This document shows, in pieces, positions 27,657 through 39,204 of a stretch of 64,000 nt of DNA. A model generated the notes under the pieces. That model saw nothing but the letters and a program-made list of their open reading frames with translations. It was not told the origin of the DNA and made no database searches. Position 1 is the stretch's first letter. Every line of letters starts with the position of its first letter. The stretch lies in sequence record NZ_CP023785.1. One strand, given 5' to 3'. Both the position numbers and the translations under genes were made by a program. This DNA comes from a plasmid.

Positions 27657-29603
27657 TTATTTGATTTCAAGTAAATCAGTACCCTCAGTGACTGTATTTT
27701 CAGCTACTATATTTACTTCTGAATAATCCGAAGTATTGGTCACAATAATCATTGTTGTATCATCAAGACCTTCTTTCTCAATCATTGAACGGTCAAATGC
27801 TCCAAGAATATCGCCTTTTCTAACTTTTTGATTAGTAGTAACTTTTTGTGTAAATCCTTTTCCTCCCATTGATACAGTATCAATACCAATATGAATTAGA
27901 ACTTCAGCACCATTATTTGATTTAATACCATAAGCATGTCCAGTTTCAAACGTGAGTTGAATAGTACCATCTACTGGAGAATGGACCGTGTTTCCATTTG
28001 GTTTAATGGCAATCCCTTTTCCCATAGCTTCTGATGAAAAGACTGGATCATTTACTGAAGAAAGACTAATCACTTTACCAGAAATGGGACTAACAATTGT
28101 TTCTGATGAAACTTTTGTTTGTGTTGATTCAACATCAGTAGATATTGGATCTGTTGTTGCTACTTTTGAAGAATTAACTGGTGTTTGTTCAGCAATTTCT
28201 TCTGCTTTAAAGATACCAGCAGCTTTTGTTTTACCGTAGAAGTAAGTAATTGCAAAAGCAACTACAAAGCTAATCAATTCACACAATACGTAAAATGGAA
28301 TAGATGTTGCATTAATTGAAAGAAATCCCAAGAAACCTGCTGAACCAAGTGAAACAGCAACTACTTTAAGTAATCCTGCTACTGCTGTAGCAATTCCTGA
28401 ACCAATTAAAGCACAAAAGAATGGAAAGCGGTATTTTAAGTTAACTCCGAACAAGGCAGGCTCTGTAATTCCAAGAAGTGCTGAGACACCCGCAGAGGAA
28501 GCAAGACTTTTTGTCTTAGAATTTTTAGTTAAGAACCAAATGGCAAATGTTGCAGCACCTTGAGCAACGTTTGCCATAGATGCAACTACAAAGATAAAGT
28601 CTCCATGTCCGATACCATTTGTCCACGCTGAAAGTAATTGAGTTTCAATAGCTGGAAATGATTGATGTAAACCAGTCATGACTATAAGTGAATATGTTCC
28701 TCCAAAAATACCCATTCCAATAAATCCAGTAGTGTTATATAGCCAAACAATAATGTCTGTAATTCCATTAGACAACAATAACATTACAGGGCCAATAACT
28801 GTGAAAGTCAAAAATCCAGTAATCATTACTGATAATAATGGCGTGAATGTAAAGTCAATAGATGATGGCAATTTTTTATGAAAGAATTTTTCTAATATAG
28901 ATAATATCCAAACAGCTGCTAAAACTGGAATAACTTGATAAGCATAGTTTGTTTGTGAAACATGATAACCAAAAATATTCCAATATTCAGTTGAGCCACC
29001 AAGATCTGGTGTTGTCATGATCATACCAATTGCAGCACCAAGAAATTGGTTTGCTCCAAAACGTTTAGCAGCTGAAATACCTACTAAAATTGGTAAGAAC
29101 ATGAATGGTGCAGCGGACATCAGTTGGATCATTGAGGAAATACCTTCAATCGCAGGATACATTTCTTCAATTGATTTTGGTCCAAAAAGTCCAGCAGCTG
29201 TTAAAAAGTTTTGTAATGCCATTAATAAACCACCTGCAACAAGGGCAGGTATAATTGGAACAAAAATATCTGATAATAATTTAATTAATGCCATAATGGG
29301 GTTGAATTTTTTATCTTTACTAGCAATTTGTTTTAAATCATCTGTTGAAATTTCCGAAAGTCCAGTTTTTTTGATAAGTTCGTCATAAACGAAATTAACA
29401 TCACCTGCACCGATAATCACTTGATATTGTCCATTAATTTTAAATGTGCTTTTCACATCTGGATTTTCGTCTAAAGCTTTTTGATTCACTTTCGTGTCAT
29501 CTTTTAGTACGAGACGAAGACGTGTAGCGCAGTGTGCAGCTGCAATAAGGTTATCTTTTCCGACCGCTTGTATTACGTCGGAAGCTACTTTACTGTAATT
29601 CAT
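27657..29603 (-). CDS. scrA: PTS sucrose-specific EIIBCA
   Basis: The EIIB Cys motif CATRLRL, the glucose-family EIIC, and the C-terminal EIIA-Glc ([19 protein letters not shown]) are present. The start is taken at the internal ATG, which has an AAAGGAGTG RBS. Confidence 0.85.
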   Translation of the reverse strand: MNYSKVASDVIQAVGKDNLIAAAHCATRLRLVLKDDTKVNQKALDENPDVKSTFKINGQYQVIIGAGDVNFVYDELIKKTGLSEISTDDLKQIASKDKKFNPIMALIKLLSDIFVPIIPALVAGGLLMALQNFLTAAGLFGPKSIEEMYPAIEGISSMIQLMSAAPFMFLPILVGISAAKRFGANQFLGAAIGMIMTTPDLGGSTEYWNIFGYHVSQTNYAYQVIPVLAAVWILSILEKFFHKKLPSSIDFTFTPLLSVMITGFLTFTVIGPVMLLLSNGITDIIVWLYNTTGFIGMGIFGGTYSLIVMTGLHQSFPAIETQLLSAWTNGIGHGDFIFVVASMANVAQGAATFAIWFLTKNSKTKSLASSAGVSALLGITEPALFGVNLKYRFPFFCALIGSGIATAVAGLLKVVAVSLGSAGFLGFLSINATSIPFYVLCELISFVVAFAITYFYGKTKAAGIFKAEEIAEQTPVNSSKVATTDPISTDVESTQTKVSSETIVSPISGKVISLSSVNDPVFSSEAMGKGIAIKPNGNTVHSPVDGTIQLTFETGHAYGIKSNNGAEVLIHIGIDTVSMGGKGFTQKVTTNQKVRKGDILGAFDRSMIEKEGLDDTTMIIVTNTSDYSEVNIVAENTVTEGTDLLEIK

Positions 29604-29679
29604 TCGAATCACTCCTTTTTTATTTTTACGTGAAAACGGTTCACTGAAATGCAAATTTATTTTAGCATATCTTAAAAAT

Positions 29680-29760
29680 ATGTCAAACGTTTGTCATATA
29701 GTTTATTTTTTTAAATGAAATGATTGATTTTTCAACGGAAAACGTTTACCATACTAGTTG
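29680..29760. promoter_or_regulatory. divergent scrA/scrB control region with two LacI-type operator-like palindromes (tatgtcaaacgtttgtcata; ggaaaacgtttacc)
   Basis: Both have an AAACGTTT core and lie between divergently transcribed scrA and scrB with scrR downstream. They resemble ScrR/CcpA cre-type half sites. Confidence 0.4.
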
Positions 29761-29787
29761 TAAAAAGATAAATTGAAGGAGTAAAAT

Positions 29788-31227
29788 ATGAACTTACCTC
29801 GAGAAATACGATATCGTGCTTATTCTGATTGGACTAAAGATGAGATGGATAAAATTAAGGATAATGTAAAACGATCACCTTGGCGTGCTAGCTATCATAT
29901 CGAACCTAAAACAGGATTGTTAAACGATCCTAATGGTTTTTCTTTTTTTAACGGAAAATATACGCTTTTTTATCAAAATTGGCCATTTGGAGCTGCTCAT
30001 GGGTTGAAAGAATGGGTACACAATGAATCAGATGATTTAGTTCATTTTCATGTAACAGGAGCAGAACTTCTTCCAGACACAAAACGAGATAGCCACGGCG
30101 CTTATTCCGGTTCTGCATATGAAATAGAGGGGAATCTATTCTTACTCTATACAGGAAACGTTCGAAATGAAAATTGGGAACGTGATACACTTCAAATCGG
30201 AGCATGGATGGATAAAGACTACAACATTACGAAAGGTGAGAATGTTCTTATTCATAAACCTGCTGATGTAACTGATCATTTTCGTGATCCACAAATGTTT
30301 AATTATGAAGGACAATTGTATGCGATTGTTGGAGCACAAAATTTAGAAAAATCAGGCTTTATCAAACTTTACAAAGCGGATGACAATAACGTGGAAACAT
30401 GGGAGGAAGTTGGCAACCTTGATTTTGGCGGCACTGGTTCAGAATACATGATTGAGTGTCCAAATCTAGTATTTGTAGACAAAAAACCTGTTCTCATTTA
30501 TTGTCCTCAAGGGTTGGATAAATCTGAGCTAAATTATGGGAATATCTATCCGAATACTTTTAAGATCTGTCAATCGCTTGACATAGAAAAAGTAAAACTT
30601 GTGGGCGCTTCAGAAATTCAAAATCTTGATTATGGATTTGAAGCGTATGCGACTCAAGGATTCAATACTCCTGATGGTCGTGCTCTGATTGTCAGTTGGA
30701 TTGGACTACCTGATATCGATTATCCAACTGATAAGTATGATTATCAGGGAGCAATGAGTCTTGTAAAAGAACTTTCAATAAAAGATGGTAAACTTTACCA
30801 ATATCCAGTAGAAGCTATTACATCATTACGTGCTAGTTCTGAACAATTTACAGCAAAAGCAGAAACAAATAATACTTATGAGCTTGAACTAACTTTTCCT
30901 CCAAATCAGAAATCGGAGTTACTTCTTTTCTCTGATAGTAAAGGAAATGGACTTAGCTTGATTGTAGATACCAAAGAAGGAAAAATTATTTTAGATCGCA
31001 GCAAAGCAGGCATTCAATATGCCACTGACTTTGGTACGATTCGTGAATGCTCAATTGATACTAAAGAAACAACTGCTAACATTTTTGTAGATAACTCAAT
31101 CATTGAGATTTTTATTAATAAAGGAGAAAAAGTGTTTACTAGTCGTGTATTCCCTGAAAATCACCAAAATGGTATTCAAATCAAATCAGGCGAACCTACT
31201 GGAAAATACTTTGAATTAAAATATTAA
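29788..31227 (+). CDS. scrB: sucrose-6-phosphate hydrolase (GH32)
   Basis: The NDPNG catalytic motif, RDP and EC motifs of GH32 are present in a 479-aa product. Confidence 0.9.
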   Translation: MNLPREIRYRAYSDWTKDEMDKIKDNVKRSPWRASYHIEPKTGLLNDPNGFSFFNGKYTLFYQNWPFGAAHGLKEWVHNESDDLVHFHVTGAELLPDTKRDSHGAYSGSAYEIEGNLFLLYTGNVRNENWERDTLQIGAWMDKDYNITKGENVLIHKPADVTDHFRDPQMFNYEGQLYAIVGAQNLEKSGFIKLYKADDNNVETWEEVGNLDFGGTGSEYMIECPNLVFVDKKPVLIYCPQGLDKSELNYGNIYPNTFKICQSLDIEKVKLVGASEIQNLDYGFEAYATQGFNTPDGRALIVSWIGLPDIDYPTDKYDYQGAMSLVKELSIKDGKLYQYPVEAITSLRASSEQFTAKAETNNTYELELTFPPNQKSELLLFSDSKGNGLSLIVDTKEGKIILDRSKAGIQYATDFGTIRECSIDTKETTANIFVDNSIIEIFINKGEKVFTSRVFPENHQNGIQIKSGEPTGKYFELKY

Positions 31228-31228
31228 A

Positions 31229-32191
31229 ATGGTAGCAAAATTAACTGATGTCGCTGAATTAGCTGGAGTTAGCCCAACAACCGTTTCACGCGTCATTAAT
31301 AATAAGGGATATTTATCAGAAAAAACAAAACAAAAAGTTCATGAAGCTATGAAAACTCTTGGTTATAAACCAAATAATTTAGCACGTGGACTTCAAGGAA
31401 AGTCACCTCAGCTTATTGGTCTTATTTTTCCTAATATTAGTAATATCTTTTACTCTGAACTCATTGAGTATCTCGAAATAGAGTTATTTAAACATGGATA
31501 TAAAACGATTATTTGCAATAGTCAAAATGATCCTGCTAAAGAGAGAGAATACATTGAAATGCTTGAAGCCAACCAAGTTGATGGCATAATCTCATCAAGC
31601 CATAATCTTGGAATTGCTGATTATGAGCGTGTGAGAGCACCTATTGTTGCTTTTGATAGAAATTTAGCTCCTAATGTTTCCATTGTTTCTTCAGATAACT
31701 TTGAAGGGGGAAAACTTGCAGCTAAGACTTTACAAAAAAATGGTTGTCAAAATACCATTATGATTACAGGAAATGATAACACGGATTCTCCCACAGAATT
31801 ACGTGCACTAGGTTTTTCTTTTCAAAATCCAAATGGAAAAATTTTCAAAATTCCTAATAATCTGTCTACTATCCGTCGTGAAATGGAAATAAAGTCAACT
31901 ATTATAAATCACAAACCAGATGGTATTTTTGTTTCTGATGATTTAACAGCCATTCTCACTATGAAAATTGCTCATCAACTTAAACTTAATATCCCAGAAG
32001 ATTTAAAAATTATTGGATACGATGGTACCTCTTTTATTGAGAAATTTTTCCCACAATTGACAACAATAAGACAACCAATTGATGAAATTGCAAGTCTTAT
32101 TGTTGATATTCTTCTGAAAAAAATTAAAGGCGAAAAGACAAATAAGGATTATATTTTACCAATCTCAATACTTTCTGGAGGAAGTATTTAA
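31229..32191 (+). CDS. scrR: LacI-family sucrose operon repressor
   Basis: The N-terminal HTH LTDVAELAGVSPTTVSRVIN is followed by a periplasmic-binding-like sugar domain. Confidence 0.85.
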   Translation: MVAKLTDVAELAGVSPTTVSRVINNKGYLSEKTKQKVHEAMKTLGYKPNNLARGLQGKSPQLIGLIFPNISNIFYSELIEYLEIELFKHGYKTIICNSQNDPAKEREYIEMLEANQVDGIISSSHNLGIADYERVRAPIVAFDRNLAPNVSIVSSDNFEGGKLAAKTLQKNGCQNTIMITGNDNTDSPTELRALGFSFQNPNGKIFKIPNNLSTIRREMEIKSTIINHKPDGIFVSDDLTAILTMKIAHQLKLNIPEDLKIIGYDGTSFIEKFFPQLTTIRQPIDEIASLIVDILLKKIKGEKTNKDYILPISILSGGSI

Positions 32192-32360
32192 CGTTAAATT
32201 AATTTTTTAATGTCTATAAAATTCGTTAGAAAATACAATTTGTAGATATCCAATTGATTTGTAAACAAAAAGGAGTTGTCAACTTGTAGTGACCCCCAAA
32301 AGTTAGACTTTTTTGGAGTGGAGAAATCCACTCCTTTTTTCATGCTCTAAAATGATATTT

Positions 32361-33164
32361 TTACACAACTGTTACGGTTGTTTTACGAAATTGGACGGGA
32401 CTTTGCCAGTTTAATTTCTGTTTTATCCGTTCATTATTGTAGTAATAGATATAGCTATCGATGGCTGATTTTAATTCCTCGAAACAGTTATAAACTTTCC
32501 CGTGAAAAATCTCTTGTTTTAATAAGCCAAAAAAATTCTCCATAAGTGAATTATCTAAGCAGTTCCCTTTCCGAGACATGCTTTGAAAGATTTTGTACTC
32601 CTTCAATTTGTTTCTATAAGCTTTCATTTGATACGCCCAACCTTGATCTGAGTGAAACGTACGACGATAGGGACAATCGTTAGTGGTCTGGATAGCTTCC
32701 TCCAAACCTTCCATTACCGCTAATGCATTGGGCTTTTCAGAGATACGATAGGATAAAATCTCACTATTGAACATATCCATAAAAGGATCTAGATACAATT
32801 TCTTTTGACGGATAATGCCTTTGGCATCCACTTCATGGTATTTAAATTCAGTTGTATCCGTCGTGATTTTCTGATGGCAGATACTGGTGTAGAAACGACG
32901 ATGGATCCGATTTTTGGCTACTGCTCCGACTTGTCCTCGATAAGAATTGTAGCGCCGTGATTTACGTGTGTATGTCGTTACTTTTATTCCTAGCTTCTTG
33001 ATCAGGCGCTGAACTTTCTTTTTATTGATAGAGAAACCGCGGTTTCTTAGTTCATTGGTCATCCGTAAACAGCCATAATCCTTGTGCTTCTCCCGAACTT
33101 TAAGCATTTCCGCTTCAATCTCTTGATCTGGATTTTTACGGTCCAATCGTTTTTGCCAGTACAT
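32361..33164 (-). CDS. IS3-family transposase OrfB (DDE integrase core, 267 aa)
   Basis: It has an rve-domain motif pattern and lies downstream of orfA in the -1 frame. Confidence 0.85.
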   Translation of the reverse strand: MYWQKRLDRKNPDQEIEAEMLKVREKHKDYGCLRMTNELRNRGFSINKKKVQRLIKKLGIKVTTYTRKSRRYNSYRGQVGAVAKNRIHRRFYTSICHQKITTDTTEFKYHEVDAKGIIRQKKLYLDPFMDMFNSEILSYRISEKPNALAVMEGLEEAIQTTNDCPYRRTFHSDQGWAYQMKAYRNKLKEYKIFQSMSRKGNCLDNSLMENFFGLLKQEIFHGKVYNCFEELKSAIDSYIYYYNNERIKQKLNWQSPVQFRKTTVTVV

Positions 33165-33205
33165 AAAGATTGCCTTAGGGAACTTTAAAGTTTCTAGAAG
33201 CTCAA

Positions 33206-33787
33206 CTAATTTAAACGGTCCTCGGAGGCTTGCGATGATTCGTGCGATTGCTTCATTCGTCGTTGTTGGGCTTCCTGTTTTCGCAGCTTCCTCAATTCTT
33301 TTAAAAAGGCATTTTCAATTTGAAGGGAACGGACTCGTTTCTCCAACTCCTCGATGCGTTCACGTTCTTTAGACGTTGCTTTAGTTGTAGATTTTTTCTT
33401 ATTTTTGGGTTCATTTTTCTTAGACAAGATAGGTGGACATCCTTTCGTTTTTGAGAGTCCATCGATCCCACCCTCACGGAATTGACGCATCCAACTAGCG
33501 ATCAAATTAGGGTTGTTCATGTTAAGTGTGTTGGCAACTTCACGATAGGACAGCTCACTTGTTAGATATAACTCTATCGCATCCAGCTTAAATTGAACAG
33601 AATATTTTTTCTTTTGTCGCTTTCTTACTAGACCCTCTTCACCAAATTCTTGATAGGCATTGATCCAGCGCTTCACTTGTGATGGAGCCTTAATGGAATA
33701 TTTCTTTGCCAGATAATCACTTCCGCCTTTACCATCCAAGTAATCATGAACGATCTTTAATTTAAGTTCAAAAGTATACTTAGCCAT
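33206..33787 (-). CDS. IS3-family transposase OrfA (HTH + leucine zipper), extended 193-aa frame
   Basis: An N-terminal HTH and a coiled-coil RIEELEKRVRSLQIENAFLKEL are present. Confidence 0.8.
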   Translation of the reverse strand: MAKYTFELKLKIVHDYLDGKGGSDYLAKKYSIKAPSQVKRWINAYQEFGEEGLVRKRQKKKYSVQFKLDAIELYLTSELSYREVANTLNMNNPNLIASWMRQFREGGIDGLSKTKGCPPILSKKNEPKNKKKSTTKATSKERERIEELEKRVRSLQIENAFLKELRKLRKQEAQQRRMKQSHESSQASEDRLN

Positions 33788-33859
33788 AAAAAATACCGAC
33801 CTCCAAAAGTTAGATTTTTTGGTCTAACTTTTGGGGGTCGGTACAAAACTTAAAAGTTT

Positions 33860-34620
33860 TAGACCCTTTTATTTTCTTAATGACTTCAGTCAGTTTTGTG
33901 CGTAAAGCGTGCGAAACAAGAAAACCGCGCGTTTCTACGCGTGGAAGAAGTATCTTTAGCGATAAAAACTCCTTTCGATATACTAGTGAGTGGCTACCAA
34001 CCGCTCATCAGATCGAAAGGAGTTTTTTCATGTCAAATGACGATAAAAGTTTAGCATATACTCGTTGGAATTGTAAGTATCATATTATTTTTACACCAAA
34101 ATATCAACGAAAAGTAATCTATGGGCAATTACGAAAAGATCTTGGAAAAATACTTAGGAAGTTGTGCGAAATGAAAGATGTGGAAATCATAGAAGCACAT
34201 GCAATGCTAGATCATATTCACATGCTTGTTCGAGTACCACCAAAAATATGTATATCCAGTTTTATGGGGTATCTGAAAGGTCGTAGTGCGGTACTAATCC
34301 ACGAGCAGCACGCAAATCTCAAATATAAATACGGAAACAAATCCTTTTGGTCGAAGAGATACTATGTGAGTACAGTCGGATTGAATCAAAAGACAAATGA
34401 AAAATACATCCGTGAACAAGAAGCTGATGATCGCATTCGATATATTATAAGTAAAAGAGAGTACGTAGAACCATTTAAAAAATAAAGAGAAGTAAGTGAG
34501 TGAAGATGAGCAGTTGGCGGTCTTTTAAAAATCCCCTTTTAAGGGGCAGCGAGTGTCGACCCCTTCTAGGGGGATTAAAAATACACCCGTCCTCACGGGT
34601 GTATGGGTTACTGATAGACT
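33860..34620 (+). mobile_element. IS200/IS605-family element (boundaries approximate) with 5-prime and 3-prime hairpins
   Basis: The Y1 HUH transposase gene is flanked by the stem-loop aaaactcctttcgat...atcgaaaggagtttttt upstream and the hairpins acacccgtcctcacgggtgt / cccc...gggg downstream. Confidence 0.7.
34030..34485 (+). CDS. tnpA: IS200-type transposase TnpA (Y1 HUH, ~152 aa)
   Basis: The HIH motif in LDHIHMLVRVPP and the catalytic Y in KRYYVSTVG are present. The start is taken at the internal ATG. Confidence 0.85.
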   Translation: MSNDDKSLAYTRWNCKYHIIFTPKYQRKVIYGQLRKDLGKILRKLCEMKDVEIIEAHAMLDHIHMLVRVPPKICISSFMGYLKGRSAVLIHEQHANLKYKYGNKSFWSKRYYVSTVGLNQKTNEKYIREQEADDRIRYIISKREYVEPFKK

Positions 34621-34645
34621 TGATTTTAACTGGTGTCAGAAACTT

Positions 34646-34780
34646 ATGTCCAGAAAGGGTGATGAAATTTTGGCAATTTACGGCTATTCAAGAATTAGCA
34701 CAAGCAACCAAGATTACAAAACACAAATTCAAACATTAGAAAATGCTGGCGCAGAAATAATCTTCCTAGAAAATCACTGG
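34646..34780 (+). pseudogene. N-terminal fragment (~45 aa) of a serine recombinase/resolvase
   Basis: AIYGYSRISTSNQDYKTQIQTLENAGAEIIF matches the resolvase catalytic N-terminus (YARVST.DQ). Homology ends abruptly. Confidence 0.55.
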
Positions 34781-35530
34781 ATTATCGAACACCTTTGGAA
34801 GTATTTTTGAGTTACGTAAGTATTGATGATCTGTCTAACTTAATTTGACAATTAAGAGTATATTTACTTCAGATGGTAAGGCAACAAAATAAAATACAAT
34901 AGGCAGATGAACTAATAAATAAAATCTGTATTAAATACAGATAAATTAATATAAAAATCAAAAGGATCATAAACTTTTAACAAGTGATGAAATGGGTGGA
35001 AATTGATTCTTATAGACAGTTTGTCTCATAACATTGAAGTATTTTGCAATTTTAGCATTGAAACACTTTTTTAATCTTCAACGTTGTTCTTATAAACAAG
35101 ATGATTGGGAATCTTTTGAATTAACACTGTATAGCTTAGAACACCCTTTATAGAAAACATTCGCTTAGCAATCTTAATAATTCCTTGTGCCCGATGTCGT
35201 TTAGATTCAGTAGGTTCCTGCTCATCGATCATGGAAAAAATTTGAAGGATCAGATCCTTAATAAATTTATTTAAGAGAGGATGATCCATTGCTTCATCCA
35301 TACTCGATAAACTAGTGATAATGAGCTACACGTTTTTCTTTCAAGTTGATCAATAGCTTCCACGATAAAAATATCTTTAGATAAAATCAAGAACCGTAGG
35401 AACTACAGGGATATTTGGTCAATAAGAGCCACCGCTATTAGTAAAAAATAAGCTATCAAGTATGCTCTCATCCCAAGAATTGCCTACTTCAATCGTTAAA
35501 AACCGTTAGGTTTAGCTAAGTGGGGGTAGT

Positions 35531-36349
35531 TCACTCAATACTTTTATCAATAATAGAGCGCAAAACTTTTTCTCTTAATTCAACTGAATCAATATTATTG
35601 TTTTGTTCATAACCATGAACTAATAGATCACAAATATAAAGTTGTGATATTTTTCCAGCTAAAGATCCACCATTAAGAAATTCTTCAATGGCTGTTTGTA
35701 AAACTAAGTCTGCAGACTTTCCTATAGGTGAATGAATATAGTTAGTTATAGCAATAATTTTTGCGCCATTTTTTTTAGCTATTTTCAATGAATCATAAGT
35801 ATCTTTCGTTTTCCCAGATAAAGAAAAAATGATTACTAAATCATTAACTGTTAATAAAGAAGCGACTTGGGCTTGAAAATGAGGGTCTAGTACAGCTTTT
35901 GCTTGAACTCCTACGCGAAGAAACATATTTTCTAAATCAAGACTAGTATTTCCACTAGATCCCACTCCAAATATATATATGTTTTTTGATTGAGTGATCA
36001 TTTTAATGGCTTCATTCAATTTTTCTTCGTCTAAAAGCCTAATAGTGGAATAGAGAGCTTCTGTTAAACTATTAGCAATTTCATCATAGTACTTTACACT
36101 AGTCGGATGTTCTTTTTTTTGACTAAAGTCTTCCTTTGCAATTTCAATTTTTAAATCAGAAAAACCAGAAAAACCAATTTTTTGACAAAAGCGAATAATA
36201 GTAGCATCGCCAACTTTTGTGTTTTTCTTAATATCACTCATCGTACTATAAATAATAGTTTTCCCAGAATTTAAAATAAAATCAGCGACTTTTTTTTCAG
36301 ACTTCGTTAAAAATGGATAATTTTCTTTAATTAAATAGATATAACTCAT
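35531..36349 (-). CDS. RpiR/MurR-family transcriptional regulator (HTH + SIS)
   Basis: 272 aa with an N-terminal HTH_6 and a C-terminal SIS domain. Confidence 0.8.
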   Translation of the reverse strand: MSYIYLIKENYPFLTKSEKKVADFILNSGKTIIYSTMSDIKKNTKVGDATIIRFCQKIGFSGFSDLKIEIAKEDFSQKKEHPTSVKYYDEIANSLTEALYSTIRLLDEEKLNEAIKMITQSKNIYIFGVGSSGNTSLDLENMFLRVGVQAKAVLDPHFQAQVASLLTVNDLVIIFSLSGKTKDTYDSLKIAKKNGAKIIAITNYIHSPIGKSADLVLQTAIEEFLNGGSLAGKISQLYICDLLVHGYEQNNNIDSVELREKVLRSIIDKSIE

Positions 36350-36509
36350 ACAAACTCCTCTACAATTTCAACTTTTCTCCATTATACTCCAAAATAATAA
36401 AAAAAACTCCTAAATACTCCATTTTTATCTTTACTTTTATGAAAGCGGATGCTATATTGTTTTTGGAGTTGTTATCCAAAAATAATAAAAAATTGGAGTG
36501 TTTAGGATA

Positions 36510-37199
36510 ATGGATAAAAAGAGGTTTTTAGATCTTATTTCAAAAGGTTTGATTGTTTCCTGTCAAGCATTACCTGGTGAACCATTTTACAAAGAGGAAG
36601 AAAGTTTAATGCCTTATTTTGCTTTGGCTGCTCAAAGGGCTGGAGCAGTTGGTATACGTGCAAATTCTGTTCGAGATATTATTGAAATTAGAAAGTGTGT
36701 ATCATTACCAATGATTGGAATTATTAAAAGAGATTATCCACCAGAATCTCCATTCATTACTGCCACTATGAGAGAAGTAGATGAATTAGTAGAAACCGGT
36801 GTTGAGGTAATCGCTCTTGATTGCACTCTTAGAAATCGACATGATGGACTATCTATAAATTCTTTTATTACTAAAATAAAAGAAAAATATCCTCATCAGT
36901 TATTTATGGCAGATATTTCTACATTTGAAGAAGGCAAAAATGCATATAAAGCAGGAATAGATTTTGTAGGAACTACTTTAAGTGGATATACTGAGGAAAG
37001 TAAAAAACAAGATGGGCCAGATATAGATTTGATTAAAAAATTGGTAGAAGAAGGGATTTGTGTAATTGCTGAGGGAAGGATTCATACTCCAGAACAAGCA
37101 AAAGAGATAAAAAAAATAGGAGTTGCAGGTATTGTTGTGGGTGGTGCTATTACTCGACCACAGGAAATTGCATCAAGATTTGTTAAAGCATTAAGTTAG
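36510..37199 (+). CDS. nanE: N-acetylmannosamine-6-phosphate 2-epimerase
   Basis: [12 protein letters not shown]...GAVGIRAN...IGIIKRDY is a NanE-family signature. The internal ATG start has a GGAG RBS. Confidence 0.8.
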   Translation: MDKKRFLDLISKGLIVSCQALPGEPFYKEEESLMPYFALAAQRAGAVGIRANSVRDIIEIRKCVSLPMIGIIKRDYPPESPFITATMREVDELVETGVEVIALDCTLRNRHDGLSINSFITKIKEKYPHQLFMADISTFEEGKNAYKAGIDFVGTTLSGYTEESKKQDGPDIDLIKKLVEEGICVIAEGRIHTPEQAKEIKKIGVAGIVVGGAITRPQEIASRFVKALS

Positions 37200-37212
37200 G
37201 GGGAGAAATAAA

Positions 37213-38715
37213 ATGTTTAAAAAATTTTCACAATTAGGACGCGCTTTCATGTTACCAATTGCTATATTACCAGTAGCCGGATTACTATTGGGACTGGGAG
37301 GAGCGTTAACAAATGAGAGTGCTATAAATGCTTATCCATTTTTAGATCAACCGTGGTTGCATACAATTTTAAGTATTATGAGTTATGCTGGAAATGCAGT
37401 TTTTGCAAACCTAGCACTAATTTTTGCAATTGGTATTGCTGTAGGACTTGCAAATGGAGATAAAGGAACAGCTGGTTTAGCTGGTGGAGTAGCTTATCTA
37501 GTATATACTGCAACTATTAGTGGGTTTCTTGAACTTTTTTCAGCAAAAGATGCAACACTAGATACAGGTGTAGTGGGATCAATTGTTGTTGGTGGTACTG
37601 TTGCATTTTTACACAATCGTTATAGAAAAATTGAATTACCACAATTCTTAGGTTTTTTTGGAGGATCAAGATTTATTCCGATTGTTTCTAGTTTAGCTGC
37701 AATCATTATTGGTTCTTTCTTTTATTTAATTTGGCCACCAATTCAAAATGGTTTAGTAGTTGCTGGTGAACAAATTGCCCAAATGGGTAGTTTAGGAACT
37801 TTTTTATATGGTTTTTTATTGCGTTTAACAGGTGCTGTTGGACTACACCACACCATTTACCCTTTGTTCTGGTATACATCTTTAGGTGGTACCGAAACTG
37901 TAGCTGGATCAACAATTGCTGGAGCCCAAAATATTTTCTTTGCCCAACTAGCTGATCCAAACCACACTGGTCTGTTTACTTATGGTACTAGATTTTTTGC
38001 AGGAAGATTTGCAACAATGATGTTTGGATTACCAGCAGCATGTTATGCAATGTATCGTGCAATTCCTAAGAAAAATCGTAAAAAGAATGGTGGGCTTTAT
38101 TTTAGCGGGGCCCTTACATCATTTTTAACTGGAATTACTGAACCAGTTGAATATATGTTTTTATTTGTTGCTCCTTGGCTTTATGTGATTCATGCATTCT
38201 TAGATGGATTATCTTTTTATTTTGCTGATATCTTAAATATTCGTGTAGGGAATTCCTTTTCAGGTGGTTTGATCGACTTTTTATTATTCGGTGTACTTCA
38301 AGGGAATGACAAAACTAATTGGTTAAAATTAATTCCTTTTGGTATTGCATGGGCATTTATATATTTCTTTGTTTTTACATTCTTTATCAAAAAATTTAAG
38401 GTAGCTATTCCTGGAATGGAAGAAGAATCAGAAGTTCATTCTGAAAAAGTAATAAACAAAAATACATCATTACATGAAGAGTCTCTTATCATTATTGAAG
38501 CTCTTGGTGGAAAAGAAAATATTGAGTCTGTTGAAGCTTGTGCAACTCGTTTGCGTGTTGCTGTTACGAATGGGGAGATTATTCAAAAACAAACAATAAA
38601 AGACACTGGTGCAACTGCTGTCTTCGAAGTGAAGGGTGGCATCCAAGCTGTTTTTGGAGGGAAAGCTGACTTATTAAGTCAAGAAATCAATCAAATATTA
38701 GGAAAAGATAATTAG
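37213..38715 (+). CDS. PTS glucose/GlcNAc-family EIICB permease (500 aa)
   Basis: An EIIC membrane domain is followed by a C-terminal EIIB with the CATRLRV motif. Confidence 0.85.
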   Translation: MFKKFSQLGRAFMLPIAILPVAGLLLGLGGALTNESAINAYPFLDQPWLHTILSIMSYAGNAVFANLALIFAIGIAVGLANGDKGTAGLAGGVAYLVYTATISGFLELFSAKDATLDTGVVGSIVVGGTVAFLHNRYRKIELPQFLGFFGGSRFIPIVSSLAAIIIGSFFYLIWPPIQNGLVVAGEQIAQMGSLGTFLYGFLLRLTGAVGLHHTIYPLFWYTSLGGTETVAGSTIAGAQNIFFAQLADPNHTGLFTYGTRFFAGRFATMMFGLPAACYAMYRAIPKKNRKKNGGLYFSGALTSFLTGITEPVEYMFLFVAPWLYVIHAFLDGLSFYFADILNIRVGNSFSGGLIDFLLFGVLQGNDKTNWLKLIPFGIAWAFIYFFVFTFFIKKFKVAIPGMEEESEVHSEKVINKNTSLHEESLIIIEALGGKENIESVEACATRLRVAVTNGEIIQKQTIKDTGATAVFEVKGGIQAVFGGKADLLSQEINQILGKDN

Positions 38716-38727
38716 GAGGTTTTTAAT

Positions 38728-39204
38728 ATGTTTGAAATTTTCAAAAAGAAAAAACAAGAAACTTTTTATGCACCTTGTTCCGGAAAAATCATTTCCATCA
38801 CAGAAGTAAATGATCCTGTCTTTTCACAAAAATTACTAGGTGATGGTTTTGCCGTCATACCTGATGGTTCAAAAATTTATGCTCCATTGGCTGGTCGAGT
38901 AACAAATATATTTCCTACTAAACATGCTATTAATATAAAAAGCAACTCAGGCATTGATTATTTGATTCATATTGGAATTGATACAGTTGAATTACAAGGA
39001 GAGCCTTTTTCGATTTGTGTTCAAGAAAATGATGAGGTTACTCCTGAAACCTCGTTGGTTGATGTGGATTTTGACAAAATAATAAAATCTGGTAAAGATA
39101 CTTCTGTTATAGTTGTTTTTCCGGAGAAAAATCAGTTCAATGATTTAATAATAGATAATGGTCGAATTGCTCATGGGAATTCATGTGGAAAAATCACTTT
39201 TTAA
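38728..39204 (+). CDS. PTS EIIA-Glc component (Crr-like)
   Basis: The HIGIDTVELQGEPF active-site region is present in a 158-aa product. Confidence 0.85.
   Translation: MFEIFKKKKQETFYAPCSGKIISITEVNDPVFSQKLLGDGFAVIPDGSKIYAPLAGRVTNIFPTKHAINIKSNSGIDYLIHIGIDTVELQGEPFSICVQENDEVTPETSLVDVDFDKIIKSGKDTSVIVVFPEKNQFNDLIIDNGRIAHGNSCGKITF

Larger units (their letters stand above)
32290..33840 (-). mobile_element. IS3-family (IS150-group) element, ~1.55 kb, terminal IRs TGACCCCCAAAAGTTAGAC
   Basis: The IRs were read at 32290-32310 and 33820-33840. It has orfA+orfB. The right end carries an additional nested near-palindrome of the IR. Confidence 0.8.

Noticed and set aside
27988-29388. Plus-strand ORFs 27988..28239, 28678..28881, 29017..29388
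   Set aside because: They are antisense within scrA.
35071-35301. 76-aa minus-strand ORF in AT-rich region after the resolvase fragment
   Set aside because: It has no RBS or recognisable family and is probably a remnant. It is not listed as a feature.
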